Made by a program: the position numbers and the translations under genes | Notes under the pieces: model-generated | The model's input: the letters and a program-made list of their open reading frames with translations, nothing else | What the model was told of the DNA's origin: nothing | The model's database searches: none | Shown here: one piece after another, positions 1 through 8,472 of the stretch | How the letters are laid out: each line of letters starts with the position of its first letter | How positions within the stretch are numbered: the first letter of the stretch is position 1 | Virus record (IMG/VR): IMGVR_UViG_3300031730_000002 | Span: 1 to 64,000 of that record | Origin: a virus | Direction: 5' to 3' (one strand) | DNA length: 64,000 nucleotides

Positions 1-66
1 GGTGCGCACCACGTAGCGGCGGCCGCGCGGCGTCGAGATAGGCTGCAGGTTGATGGCGTGTGCCAT
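1..66 (-). CDS. 5' part of a small early gene running off the window (MAHAINLQPISTPRGRRYVVRT...)
   Basis: AAGGAG RBS upstream of ATG at 66 on the - strand; frame open to the window edge. Confidence 0.6.
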   Translation of the reverse strand, partial: MAHAINLQPISTPRGRRYVVRT

Positions 67-92
67 GTCGTTCTCCTTTGAAGTGTTGAGGG

Positions 93-296
93 TCAGCAGC
101 CGAGACGCACCACAGGCACGTCCCACGGCTCGACATCGATCTGGCCGTGAGGCGTGAGGTACGCCTCACGGTGCAGGCGCAGTGTAGGGATCACTGCGGC
201 TTCGGATGTGGCAAGCACGACGAATCGCGTGACTGCCGGTTTGCGCTGCCGAGGCTGCAGCGGGTCGGTGATGGTGACCAGCCACAGGCCGGCCAT
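93..296 (-). CDS. hypothetical protein, 67 aa
   Basis: Start overlaps the upstream stop (TGATG coupling); co-oriented with neighbours. Confidence 0.6.
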   Translation of the reverse strand: MAGLWLVTITDPLQPRQRKPAVTRFVVLATSEAAVIPTLRLHREAYLTPHGQIDVEPWDVPVVRLGC

Positions 297-526
297 CAGC
301 GGGTCGAGCGGGCGCGGATCGCCGCGCTGATCTGCGCCAGGGCGATGACGGCTCGCAAGTCGCGCTGGTGCGAGGGCAAGGCCGCGGCGTTGCGCTCGCG
401 GCGCACCTCGCTGATGGAGACGCCGCGGGTGGCGGCTTCCTTGGCCACGGTGGCGGCCTTGGCGGGGGCCTGGTTGGTCGGCTTCACGATGCCGGCGGCG
501 ATGAGTTGGGCACGGGTCTGGCGCAT
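296..526 (-). CDS. hypothetical basic Ala-rich protein, 76 aa (MRQTRAQL...)
   Basis: AAGGAG RBS before ATG at 526; shorter than the ORF-track call. Confidence 0.65.
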   Translation of the reverse strand: MRQTRAQLIAAGIVKPTNQAPAKAATVAKEAATRGVSISEVRRERNAAALPSHQRDLRAVIALAQISAAIRARSTR

Positions 527-575
527 GGCAGGGGCTCCTTCAAGTGTGCGCACTGGGCGCGGTTGGGTGAAACGG

Positions 576-941
576 TTATCCACAGGCAGAAATTGGTTAG
601 TGGGCACTTCAGAGGCAAAATCGCGTTTCTGTTTTGCTCAGGTGATATCCGAAAGGTATTGCAGGTAATACCCTTAGGATATCAACGGCCTTTCGAGAGG
701 GCGCGGACGACGGAAGCGGTCGAAATAAGGGCTAGGCAGGCGTTCGTTACGTGTAACGTATATCCTTCGTCACTTTTGGACATCATCCTCTTTTTGGACG
801 AGGAAAAAGTGATCTGGAAAATCACTTTTTCGTAGTTTCAAAAGAGGGCGCCGTTTTTAAATCACCTTCGGGTATTACGGGTAGTACTGGGTTGTTATTG
901 TTATGAAGCGAGCACGGACAGGGTGATGACGGTTATCAACA
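576..941. promoter_or_regulatory. AT-rich intergenic region with a DnaA-box match and several inverted repeats (candidate origin or regulatory region)
   Basis: TTATCCACA at 576-584, TTATCAACA at 933-941; IRs at 643-684, 746-759 and 803-831. Confidence 0.35.
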
Positions 942-1044
942 GGCTTGCGAGGGTCGCAGCTTGCTCGAATGGCATGGGTGTCAGGGCCGGATAGAACAGG
1001 CTTGCGGCTGCGAGGATCGCAGTGCAGAAGTGGCGGGGGCGCAT
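901..1044 (-). CDS. small hydrophobic (membrane) protein, 47 aa
   Basis: MRPRHFCTAILAAASLFYP...LASLLITVITLSVLAS; follows the 1050-1184 ORF. Confidence 0.4.
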   Translation of the reverse strand: MRPRHFCTAILAAASLFYPALTPMPFEQAATLASLLITVITLSVLAS

Positions 1045-1049
1045 GGGTG

Positions 1050-1184
1050 TTAGGCCACGCGCAAGCCGTCGCGCCAGGCTTGCGGCCGGTAGCCGTGCCG
1101 GCTCAGGTAGTCCATGGGCGCGAGGCTCGTTGCGGGCAGACGGCGCTCGAACCCGTCGAAGGTCCAGAAAACGATCGTGTACAT
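1050..1184 (-). CDS. hypothetical protein, 44 aa (MYTIVFWTFDGF...)
   Basis: GGAG RBS upstream of ATG at 1184. Confidence 0.55.
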   Translation of the reverse strand: MYTIVFWTFDGFERRLPATSLAPMDYLSRHGYRPQAWRDGLRVA

Positions 1185-1214
1185 GGTGAGGGCTCCAAAA
1201 TTTCGAGGGGCGCG

Positions 1215-1329
1215 AGTTGACATAACGTGCGGCGTGCGCATCGATCAAACCGTTATGTAGTTGGGTTCACAGCGACGCCGCGCCTATGGCGGTCGTGTGG
1301 AATCGGAAAAGTTGTCAGTTGACATAACG
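1215..1329. repeat. 13-bp direct repeat AGTTGACATAACG (1215-1227, 1317-1329) plus inverted core CGTTATGT (1251-1258)
   Basis: Read directly from the sequence; intergenic. Confidence 0.7.
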
Positions 1330-1334
1330 CATGA

Positions 1335-2105
1335 GCATGCGCAAACCGCAGGGCTTGCGAATGCTCGCGCATTCGGGAATGCAGCGGCGCGCCTGGTTAA
1401 CTTTCGTTCCAGCGGTGCGCGGCTGTTAGGGGGCAAGGACCAGTGTTTTCGGAGTCCTTGTCTCGGCATTCCTACTAGATAGCACTCACGCGAGAAGTAC
1501 CAGACAAACGAGTCTCGGTGCTCTTGGTGCGTATAGACATCCGCGACGATTCATAGCCTTGAGAGCGTGTCTCAGCTGGATAAGGTGGTTCTGTCGTGTG
1601 TATCACTCAGGCAGAGTCTTTGTCCTGTTGCGGCGCTCAGGTCCGCAGGGTCTTTCATTGGCCGGGATGTTCACTCACTAGATGCAGCGTGCGCCTATAC
1701 GGTCCGGGCGACGTGGTTTCGGGTGAGTGCTTTCTAGTCGCACCTGCATCGATCGTTCACACGTCTAATGCAGCGTACTTGCGTGACTAGGTTTGAAGTA
1801 GTCAGCTAATCGGTGGCTGTAGAGATTCTGTCCTAGTCCTGTTTGCAGGGTTGTTAGTCAAGCATCTAAGCGGATAGGCAAAGATGAAACGAGACGAACG
1901 CGCCCGCTAGTAAGACTAGCGTTAGGTCTACAGCACATTGTTAGAGAGCGTCTAGGGGGTTAGGTGCGCCGATTAGAGGGACAAACCTCTAGCGGGTTAC
2001 CTCACTGCCTAGTCTGCTATGGCGCGGCCGTTAGGCCGGGCTTTTAAGGTGCAGAGCACTAGCTCGGAGCTAGTGCTCTGCACCCTACTGGCGTAGGGTG
2101 CAGCG
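1335..2105 (-). ncRNA. candidate large structured non-coding RNA (~750 nt; ends approximate)
   Basis: No credible ORF; many local hairpins and nested long-range helices; GNRA loops on the - strand; 12 CTAG in about 600 nt. Confidence 0.6.
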
Positions 2106-2109
2106 GGGT

Positions 2110-2793
2110 TTAGTGCGTTAGCGCGAGTGCCGCGCTCTGCGACACTTCGCGGGCTTGCACGTCGATGACATCGGCCTGCGGGGTGACATCCGCATAGAAC
2201 TCCGAAACGAGTGCATCCAGCTGCAGGCCTGCGTCGATGTTGCCCGATGCGAGCGCGGCGCGGATGAACGCGAACGCGTCAGCCAGTGTGAGGGGGATCG
2301 GCTGCGCGGCGGCCTTGGCGGCCTTCTCTGCAGCCTTGGCGGCCTTTTCCTTGGCGGCCTTGGTAGCGGCGGCCTTTTCCTTGCGCTCTTCGCTGGCCTT
2401 GTCAGCGGCAAGCCCGGCCCGGGTGCATTCGGAGTCGAAGGCTTCTGATGCGATAAGTGAGAGTTCAGCCGCGCGCACCTCTGCATCGGGCTTTGCCATC
2501 GGCTGCGCTGCATGCTGCGCTACTGCGGCTGTATAGGCGCCCTGCATGACAGTGAGCACGCGGGCAGCTTGCGCGGCGGCGAGCTTGCGCTGGGGCTTGC
2601 TTCCTTCCAATTGGCCTTCGATGCTGGCCAGTGAGGTGAGCACCTCGATTGTGTCGTTCAGGTTGCGCTTGTTGCCATCCTTCAGGATGTAGACCAGTGT
2701 TTGCGTGAGTGCTGCGAACGCCTGTTCGTATTGCACCTCACGGGCGCCAGCGAACGCGAGAATGGCGGGAATGGGCTTCAATTGTGCGGACAT
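2110..2793 (-). CDS. hypothetical early protein, 227 aa, with an Ala/Lys-rich helical segment
   Basis: GGAG RBS before MSAQLKP; AKAAKEKAAKAAEKAAKA low-complexity stretch. Confidence 0.75.
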   Translation of the reverse strand: MSAQLKPIPAILAFAGAREVQYEQAFAALTQTLVYILKDGNKRNLNDTIEVLTSLASIEGQLEGSKPQRKLAAAQAARVLTVMQGAYTAAVAQHAAQPMAKPDAEVRAAELSLIASEAFDSECTRAGLAADKASEERKEKAAATKAAKEKAAKAAEKAAKAAAQPIPLTLADAFAFIRAALASGNIDAGLQLDALVSEFYADVTPQADVIDVQAREVSQSAALALTH

Positions 2794-2888
2794 GGTACGG
2801 ACTCCAGTAGAGGGGGTTGCATGCGCTAGGTGAGGCATGGCAGGGCGTGTGCACTGCGGTATAGGCTCATGCCTATACCGCATGGCAC

Positions 2889-3071
2889 TCACCCCATGAG
2901 TGCGAACATGAGGCGACCGAGCCACGAGAGGGGGCGCGGTTCAGGGTAGCGCAGGGTATATGGGGTGCGCTGGCGCAGAGGTGCGGGTTGTGTGAACGTG
3001 GCGCCGATGCGTGGCGCATTGTGTTCAGCGTATGCCACTAAGGCCGTGTGTTCAGCGTAGTCGAATCGCAT
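2889..3071 (-). CDS. hypothetical protein, 60 aa (MRFDYAEH...)
   Basis: AGGAG RBS before ATG at 3071. Confidence 0.6.
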   Translation of the reverse strand: MRFDYAEHTALVAYAEHNAPRIGATFTQPAPLRQRTPYTLRYPEPRPLSWLGRLMFALMG

Positions 3072-3492
3072 CGCGTTACTCCTATTTGTTGGGCCAATGA
3101 CAACGCCACCGGCACAGACCCTATCGCATACGCTGTGCCAGCCCTGTTTAGGCATTAAAACAACGCTATTCTGACCATTTACGTCACATTGGGGGCCATG
3201 CCAAGACGCAAAACGTCAGCTCCATGACAAGGAACGTCACTTTGCGTACATGTTGACACTGTTTGTTACATGCACGCTGTCCTGGTGGCCGGGGCAAGGA
3301 CAAGACCGGGCCGGCGTTCGGGTCGGAGTGACAGGCCTTGTCCTGTTTCCCTGACAGGGGCGCGGACGGGTAGGCTTTCTTGGGGGAGTCGGAGGCCTGG
3401 CCCTACCCAACCCCTCCCGCCATATGAAATATTTTTCCAAACTTTCCTACACACCCCGTATTTTTGTCACCCTACGTGCCACAATCCGTCGC

Positions 3493-3792
3493 ATGGAGAT
3501 CTCGCGTAAAGACCTGGCCGCCCTGCAGGCCCGCCGCATCACCAAGACCGCGCTCGCGGCCCATCTAGGCGTCAGCGCCACCTACCTCATGCGCATCACG
3601 CCACCGCTGCCGCCCGGCCCCGTGGCCGCGCAGCGGCGCGCGAACTCGACCTTCGCCGAGAGCCGGAAAGCGTTCCGCGCCCGACTGGCCAAGCAGGTAC
3701 TCGCCGGCAGCAAGTCGATAACCAAGGCCGCGGCCGAAGCCAAGTGCTCCGAACGAACCATGTACAGGTATCTATGCAAATCGACGAAGTGA
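3493..3792 (+). CDS. helix-turn-helix DNA-binding protein (two HTH-like segments)
   Basis: ITKTALAAHLGVSATYL and ITKAAAEAKCSERTMYRYL. Confidence 0.7.
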   Translation: MEISRKDLAALQARRITKTALAAHLGVSATYLMRITPPLPPGPVAAQRRANSTFAESRKAFRARLAKQVLAGSKSITKAAAEAKCSERTMYRYLCKSTK

Positions 3793-3971
3793 GCACGCCA
3801 GTACTGCCCGGCAGACCTTACTTCTATACTGCCCTGCAGCTGGAGGATTACGACTTCCTGGTATCAGGCCCATCCGGTCCCGATAAGCACAAGGTCATCG
3901 CCGAGATCTACCTCTATCACGGCCTCGTTCGCGCAACCATCATCCACGCATATGTCCCTTACCTCACCTGA
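3774..3971 (+). CDS. hypothetical protein, 65 aa
   Basis: Fills the gap between overlapping co-oriented genes. Confidence 0.45.
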   Translation: MQIDEVSTPVLPGRPYFYTALQLEDYDFLVSGPSGPDKHKVIAEIYLYHGLVRATIIHAYVPYLT

Positions 3972-4389
3972 CAAGTCGCCGCTGATTCCGCGGGTGCCCT
4001 TTTCTCCGACCACGCAAAAGCAGGTCGAAGATCTGGAGGACAAACTCGCAGAGATGGAGGATGAAGCCGATATGGTCGATGCAGACCCTGGCAAGGAAAC
4101 CCTCATCTCGATCGATATGCTGGCCGAGACCGTGCAGCTATACCGCAGCACCAAACGCTTACACCGTCGCGCGATCCAATTTGACAGCAAGGCACCGCTG
4201 AATCAGCAGGCACAGGTGGTCAATAGCCTCGGCGGCTTGCTGAAGTCTCTCGCTGCCTTGCAGATTCGCCTGTATGACAGCGAGCGGCTGAAGAAACTTG
4301 AAACCGCACTCATTGAGATGCTGAGCGACTTGCCGGTGGAGCAGCAGAACACCTTTTTGGCCCGCTATAAGGAATTGACGGATGTTTGA
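3952..4389 (+). CDS. terS: probable terminase small subunit
   Basis: 145-aa helical protein overlapping the start of the large terminase; synteny only. Confidence 0.55.
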   Translation: MSLTSPDKSPLIPRVPFSPTTQKQVEDLEDKLAEMEDEADMVDADPGKETLISIDMLAETVQLYRSTKRLHRRAIQFDSKAPLNQQAQVVNSLGGLLKSLAALQIRLYDSERLKKLETALIEMLSDLPVEQQNTFLARYKELTDV

Positions 4390-6049
4390 GGGTCACTTCG
4401 AGCGCATTCGCGCGGCTGTGCAGAAAGAGTATGGCCTCGGTACTGTGCCGGAGTGGATCTGCAAGCACACAAAGCTGGGTGGCAAGCCCTACAGCTACAA
4501 GAATCACGAGTTTCAGCTGCAGATTCTGCGTGATCAGAGCCCTGAGAAGATCATTCGCAAGTGCTCACAGGTCGGTTTGACCGAGTTGAGCTTCCGCGAG
4601 GTGCTCGCGATACTGCGAATCATCGACGGCTTTACCGCGATTTACACCATGCCGAGTGCCACTGACATGGCAAAAGTGGTGCAAACACGCCTCGATCCGA
4701 TCGTGACAGGCAGTGCTGACCTGACATATGCGCTCTCTTCGAGCGTGGATTCGGCCATCGTGAAGCAGTTTGGCCTCAGTTTTCTCCATTTGTCGGGTAC
4801 TTTTGGCCAACAGCAGGCCATTTCAGTGCCTGCGGACATGGTTGTGCACGATGAGGTCGATTTCAGCAATTTGAAGGTGCTGACGACCTACGAGTCACGA
4901 CTCACGCACAGCAAGTACAAGATGCGGCGCGAGTTCTCGACTCCGACGCTGCCAGGGCGCGGGATCTCAGCCCGATTCGATCGATCGCGCCGCCATTTCA
5001 ATATGGTGAAGTGCCATCGCTGCAATCACTGGTTTTTGCCCGACTATTACCTGCATGTGAGGGTGCCGGGGTACGACGACGACCTGAAACTGATCACCAA
5101 CCGCAATCTGCACCACTACGACTGGCGGCATGCGGCGCTGCACTGCCCGCACTGCGCTGGAATTCCGAGCTTGCAGCACGAGAACCGCAACTGGGTGCTC
5201 GAAAATCAGAATGAGAACTACACCGCGGCAGGGTATGCGGTGTCCCCATTCGACGCGCCTAACATCATCTCGACTCCGTTCCTGGTGGAGAAGTCGACAA
5301 AGTACGAGCGCATTGCCGACTTCGTCAATTTCAATCTCGGGCAGCCGTATGAGGACGCGACAGTAAGCCTGACCGACTCATTCCTGCGTAGTTTGTTCGT
5401 GCCAGGCAGCCCACCAACGAGTAGTGCCAATTTCATGGGCATCGACATGGGCGCTTTGTGCCATATCGTTGTCGGGAATGCCCAATCGACCGGCGAGTTG
5501 GTGGTTTTGCACTACGAGCGGGTGACTTTGGCCGATTTCGAGCGGCGCAAACGCGAGCTTGCGATCGAGTATCGAGTGCTTGTGACGGTGATGGATGCCT
5601 TGCCGTATACCGACATGGTAATGCGGCTGCAAATTAGCGACCCGAATTTGTTCGGTGCGATCTATCTCGACATGAAGAATATCGTCACCTATGCGGTGAA
5701 GGACCAGCGAAAAGACCCTGAGAAGGGCAAGTTGAACATCCGGCAGGTGCAAATCAACCGGAATGTGGCATTCGACGACATGGTGCAGTCGATTATTCGG
5801 CGCGAGGTGGTGTTTTTCGACCGACCGGAGAAGGACATCTTCATTGCGCACCTGTTGGACATGAAGCGGCAGACAGTATCGGACTCGAATGGTGAGCTGG
5901 TGTACAAGTGGATTAAGTCGGAGCAGGGGGACGACCACTTCATGCATGCGATGATGTATCTCTACACCGCGTGCAAGCTGCGGGCGCTGACGACGGGCAG
6001 TGCGCCGATTCAGACGCTGATTTCGAGCTTCAGGGTCAAAACCATGTGA
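4382..6049 (+). CDS. terL: terminase large subunit (lambda GpA-like)
   Basis: Walker A-like RKCSQVGLTE, Walker B VVHDEVD, FSTPT motif, CxxC pairs, nuclease MGIDMG...DDHFMHA. Confidence 0.9.
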   Translation: MFEGHFERIRAAVQKEYGLGTVPEWICKHTKLGGKPYSYKNHEFQLQILRDQSPEKIIRKCSQVGLTELSFREVLAILRIIDGFTAIYTMPSATDMAKVVQTRLDPIVTGSADLTYALSSSVDSAIVKQFGLSFLHLSGTFGQQQAISVPADMVVHDEVDFSNLKVLTTYESRLTHSKYKMRREFSTPTLPGRGISARFDRSRRHFNMVKCHRCNHWFLPDYYLHVRVPGYDDDLKLITNRNLHHYDWRHAALHCPHCAGIPSLQHENRNWVLENQNENYTAAGYAVSPFDAPNIISTPFLVEKSTKYERIADFVNFNLGQPYEDATVSLTDSFLRSLFVPGSPPTSSANFMGIDMGALCHIVVGNAQSTGELVVLHYERVTLADFERRKRELAIEYRVLVTVMDALPYTDMVMRLQISDPNLFGAIYLDMKNIVTYAVKDQRKDPEKGKLNIRQVQINRNVAFDDMVQSIIRREVVFFDRPEKDIFIAHLLDMKRQTVSDSNGELVYKWIKSEQGDDHFMHAMMYLYTACKLRALTTGSAPIQTLISSFRVKTM

Positions 6050-6116
6050 TGTTCCACGTGAAGCAGTCTTCTCCCGCTATAGCCTTTCCCATCGGCTTCT
6101 GCAATACTCCCTGCCC

Positions 6117-7637
6117 ATGAACCTGCTCGACAAACTCACCTCCTTTCTGGCGCCCAAGCCAACGGCATGGGACGGGGTGGTGACGGAAGCGGCGAGCACG
6201 GCGCTGCCGGTGCAGGCGCCGCCGAAGGTCAAGCCCAAGCAGCAGTCGGTGCCGCCGTTCTCGCCGCAGGTCAAGCCGGGCGAGGCCGTGCTGGTCAAGG
6301 CCGACCGGCAGCTGGCCAACACGGACATCCTCAGCTACCGGCGCAGCGCGACGACGGGCGCGACGCTGCGCGACTTGGTGGTGGCAAGCCCCGACCTGTC
6401 GGCGGCGGTCTCGGCCAACTTGCGGCTGGGCATCACCGAGAGCTACATCCTGAAGGCGTGGAATCCGGACGGCAGCTTCAACGCCGACGCGACGCGGCTG
6501 GCCTACCAGCTGCTCATGCGCATGGACCTGGTGCCGGACTACACGCAGGGCTTCAACGTCACGAACAGCTTGCTGGCCACGTCGGAGGCGCTGGCCAAGG
6601 ACATGATGACCTACGGCGCCATGGCGATGGAGCTGGTGCTCGACTCGTCGCGCCTGCCGGCGCAGTTCGTGCCGCTGAGCAGCAGCCAGATCTTTTTCTT
6701 CCCTGAAGACAAGGGTGTGCGGCCGGTGCAGCGGATCGCTGGTGTCGACATCGACATGGACCAGCCGACGTTCTTCTACCTCTCGCTCGATCAGGACTTG
6801 CTGACCGCCTACGCCACGTCGCCGCTCGAAGCAGCGATTCAGCCGGTGCTGGCCGACAGCGAGTTCACGAACGACATGCGCCGGGTGATCAAGCGCGCGG
6901 CGTTCCCGCGGCTGGACGTGGAGATCGACGATGAGCTGATGCGCCAGTCGATCCCGCCCGAGATCTTGAACGACCCGGTGAAGCTGACCGACTACCGCAA
7001 CACAGTCACTCGGGCAGTGTCCGACGTGGTCAACGGGCTGGCGCCGGAAGATGCGCTGGTGCACTACAGCTTCCTGAAGGTCAGCTACATCGAGGGTGGC
7101 ACAGGCCCGGTCGAGCAGACGTTCCAGGGTGTGCAGGATCTGATCAACGCCAAGCTGTCGACCGGTGCGAAGGTTCTGCCGAGCGTGCTGGGTCATGGCA
7201 GTGGCAGCCAGAACGTCGCGAGCAGCGAGACGCTGCTGTCGATGAAGACGGCAGACGGCCAGATCCGCCGCAAGCTCAACGAGATGTACAGCAAGGCGTT
7301 CACGCTGGCTGTGCGCCTGTTCGGCATGGACGTGTGTGTCGAGTTCACCTACCGCCCGATCAACCTGCGCCCGACCATCGAGGTCGAGGCGTTCGAAGCG
7401 CAGCGGCAGGCTCGGATTCTGGAGCTGCTGTCGGTGGGCATGATGGGTGACGAAGAGGCTTGCCTGGAGCTGACCGGCAACTTGCCGCCGGCAGGGTTCA
7501 AGCCGCTGTCGGGCACGATGTTCTACAAAGCCGATGCTTCAGTGCCGGCCGGCTCGGAAAGCTCGACCACCGGCGGCTTGAACCAGGCGATCACGAGCGA
7601 TGCGCCGAAGGGCAAGCGCGGAGGCAACGGCAAATGA
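6117..7637 (+). CDS. portal protein
   Basis: 506 aa immediately after terL; size and position. Confidence 0.8.
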   Translation: MNLLDKLTSFLAPKPTAWDGVVTEAASTALPVQAPPKVKPKQQSVPPFSPQVKPGEAVLVKADRQLANTDILSYRRSATTGATLRDLVVASPDLSAAVSANLRLGITESYILKAWNPDGSFNADATRLAYQLLMRMDLVPDYTQGFNVTNSLLATSEALAKDMMTYGAMAMELVLDSSRLPAQFVPLSSSQIFFFPEDKGVRPVQRIAGVDIDMDQPTFFYLSLDQDLLTAYATSPLEAAIQPVLADSEFTNDMRRVIKRAAFPRLDVEIDDELMRQSIPPEILNDPVKLTDYRNTVTRAVSDVVNGLAPEDALVHYSFLKVSYIEGGTGPVEQTFQGVQDLINAKLSTGAKVLPSVLGHGSGSQNVASSETLLSMKTADGQIRRKLNEMYSKAFTLAVRLFGMDVCVEFTYRPINLRPTIEVEAFEAQRQARILELLSVGMMGDEEACLELTGNLPPAGFKPLSGTMFYKADASVPAGSESSTTGGLNQAITSDAPKGKRGGNGK

Positions 7638-7960
7638 CCACGCCGATGCAGATCGTCGAGCACAAGCGCGGCGACACCTTCAACCCGACTTGCACGTACC
7701 TGAATTCGGCAGGAGTTGCCTACGACTACACGCTTGACGGCATCACGATCGCGAGTCAGGTGCGTACTCCGGCTGGTAAGCTGGTTGGTACTCTGACTGC
7801 GGCACCCGGTGTCGGCACGGGAGTATTCACGCTGGAGTCCGGAAGTACTCAAAATTGGCCTCTCGGCTCACTGCGCTGGGACATACAATTCACCCAAGGC
7901 GGCCACATCTTTTCCACCAAAACGGCAGAGCTGATGCTTGTGGCCGACAACACCCTGTAA
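7634..7960 (+). CDS. Ig-like adaptor, BppU N-terminal/LtfC-like, 108 aa
   Basis: KRGDTF...SQVRT...WDIQF pattern; ATG coupled to the portal stop. Confidence 0.6.
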   Translation: MTTPMQIVEHKRGDTFNPTCTYLNSAGVAYDYTLDGITIASQVRTPAGKLVGTLTAAPGVGTGVFTLESGSTQNWPLGSLRWDIQFTQGGHIFSTKTAELMLVADNTL

Positions 7961-7972
7961 ACGGAGAATCGC

Positions 7973-8401
7973 ATGTCCAAGTCAAATACCTACGAAAACG
8001 ACCTCCTGCTTTTGCTGTTCAATGCGACAGCGATCGCGAACGTCGCGGACAATGCCGCCAGCTCTCCGCTGACCAACCTGTTCGTCGCGCTGCATACCGC
8101 CGACCCCGGCGAAGCTGGCACGCAGACCACGTCCGAAGCGACCTACACGAGCTATGCCCGTGTCTCTGTCGCCCGCACCGCGGGTGGCTGGACGGTGGCT
8201 GCCAACTCGGTCTCGCCGGTGGCGACGATCTCGTTCCCGGCTTGCACGGCCGGCACCAACACCATCACCCACTTCTCGGTGGGTGCGGCGACCAGCGGAG
8301 GCTCGAAGATCTTCTACAGCGGCACCGTGACGCCGAACATCAGCGTGAGCACCGGTGTGACGCCGCAGCTCGCGACCAGCTCGACCATCACCGAAGACTA
8401 A
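7973..8401 (+). CDS. small beta-rich virion fibre/filament subunit, 142 aa
   Basis: YENDLL...VALHTADPGEAG...YARVSV...FPAC...ITHF motif family; strong GGAG RBS; homologous to both halves of 32587-33459. Confidence 0.75.
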   Translation: MSKSNTYENDLLLLLFNATAIANVADNAASSPLTNLFVALHTADPGEAGTQTTSEATYTSYARVSVARTAGGWTVAANSVSPVATISFPACTAGTNTITHFSVGAATSGGSKIFYSGTVTPNISVSTGVTPQLATSSTITED

Positions 8402-8419
8402 GTCTAGGGCCTGGTGGCG

Positions 8420-8454
8420 GCACAGGCTGAGGCTGGTCCTCCAGCCTGTGCTTT
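8420..8454 (+). terminator. terminator/attenuator-like hairpin after the filament-subunit gene
   Basis: GCACAGGCTG...CAGCCTGTGC 10-bp stem followed by TTT. Confidence 0.55.
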
Positions 8455-8472
8455 CGCGTATCTGGAGTAAAC

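Noticed and set aside
2048-2084. Palindrome as a protelomerase telRL site
   Set aside because: It has a central unpaired base and is GC-rich, and no protelomerase or partition genes are visible in the window.
1335-2105. tRNA cluster, group I intron or TAG-recoded gene
   Set aside because: No T-loop GTTCGA/cloverleaf was recognised and the region does not interrupt a gene. TAG serves as an apparent normal stop elsewhere (e.g. 62097, 57149) and other genes are not broken by TAG.
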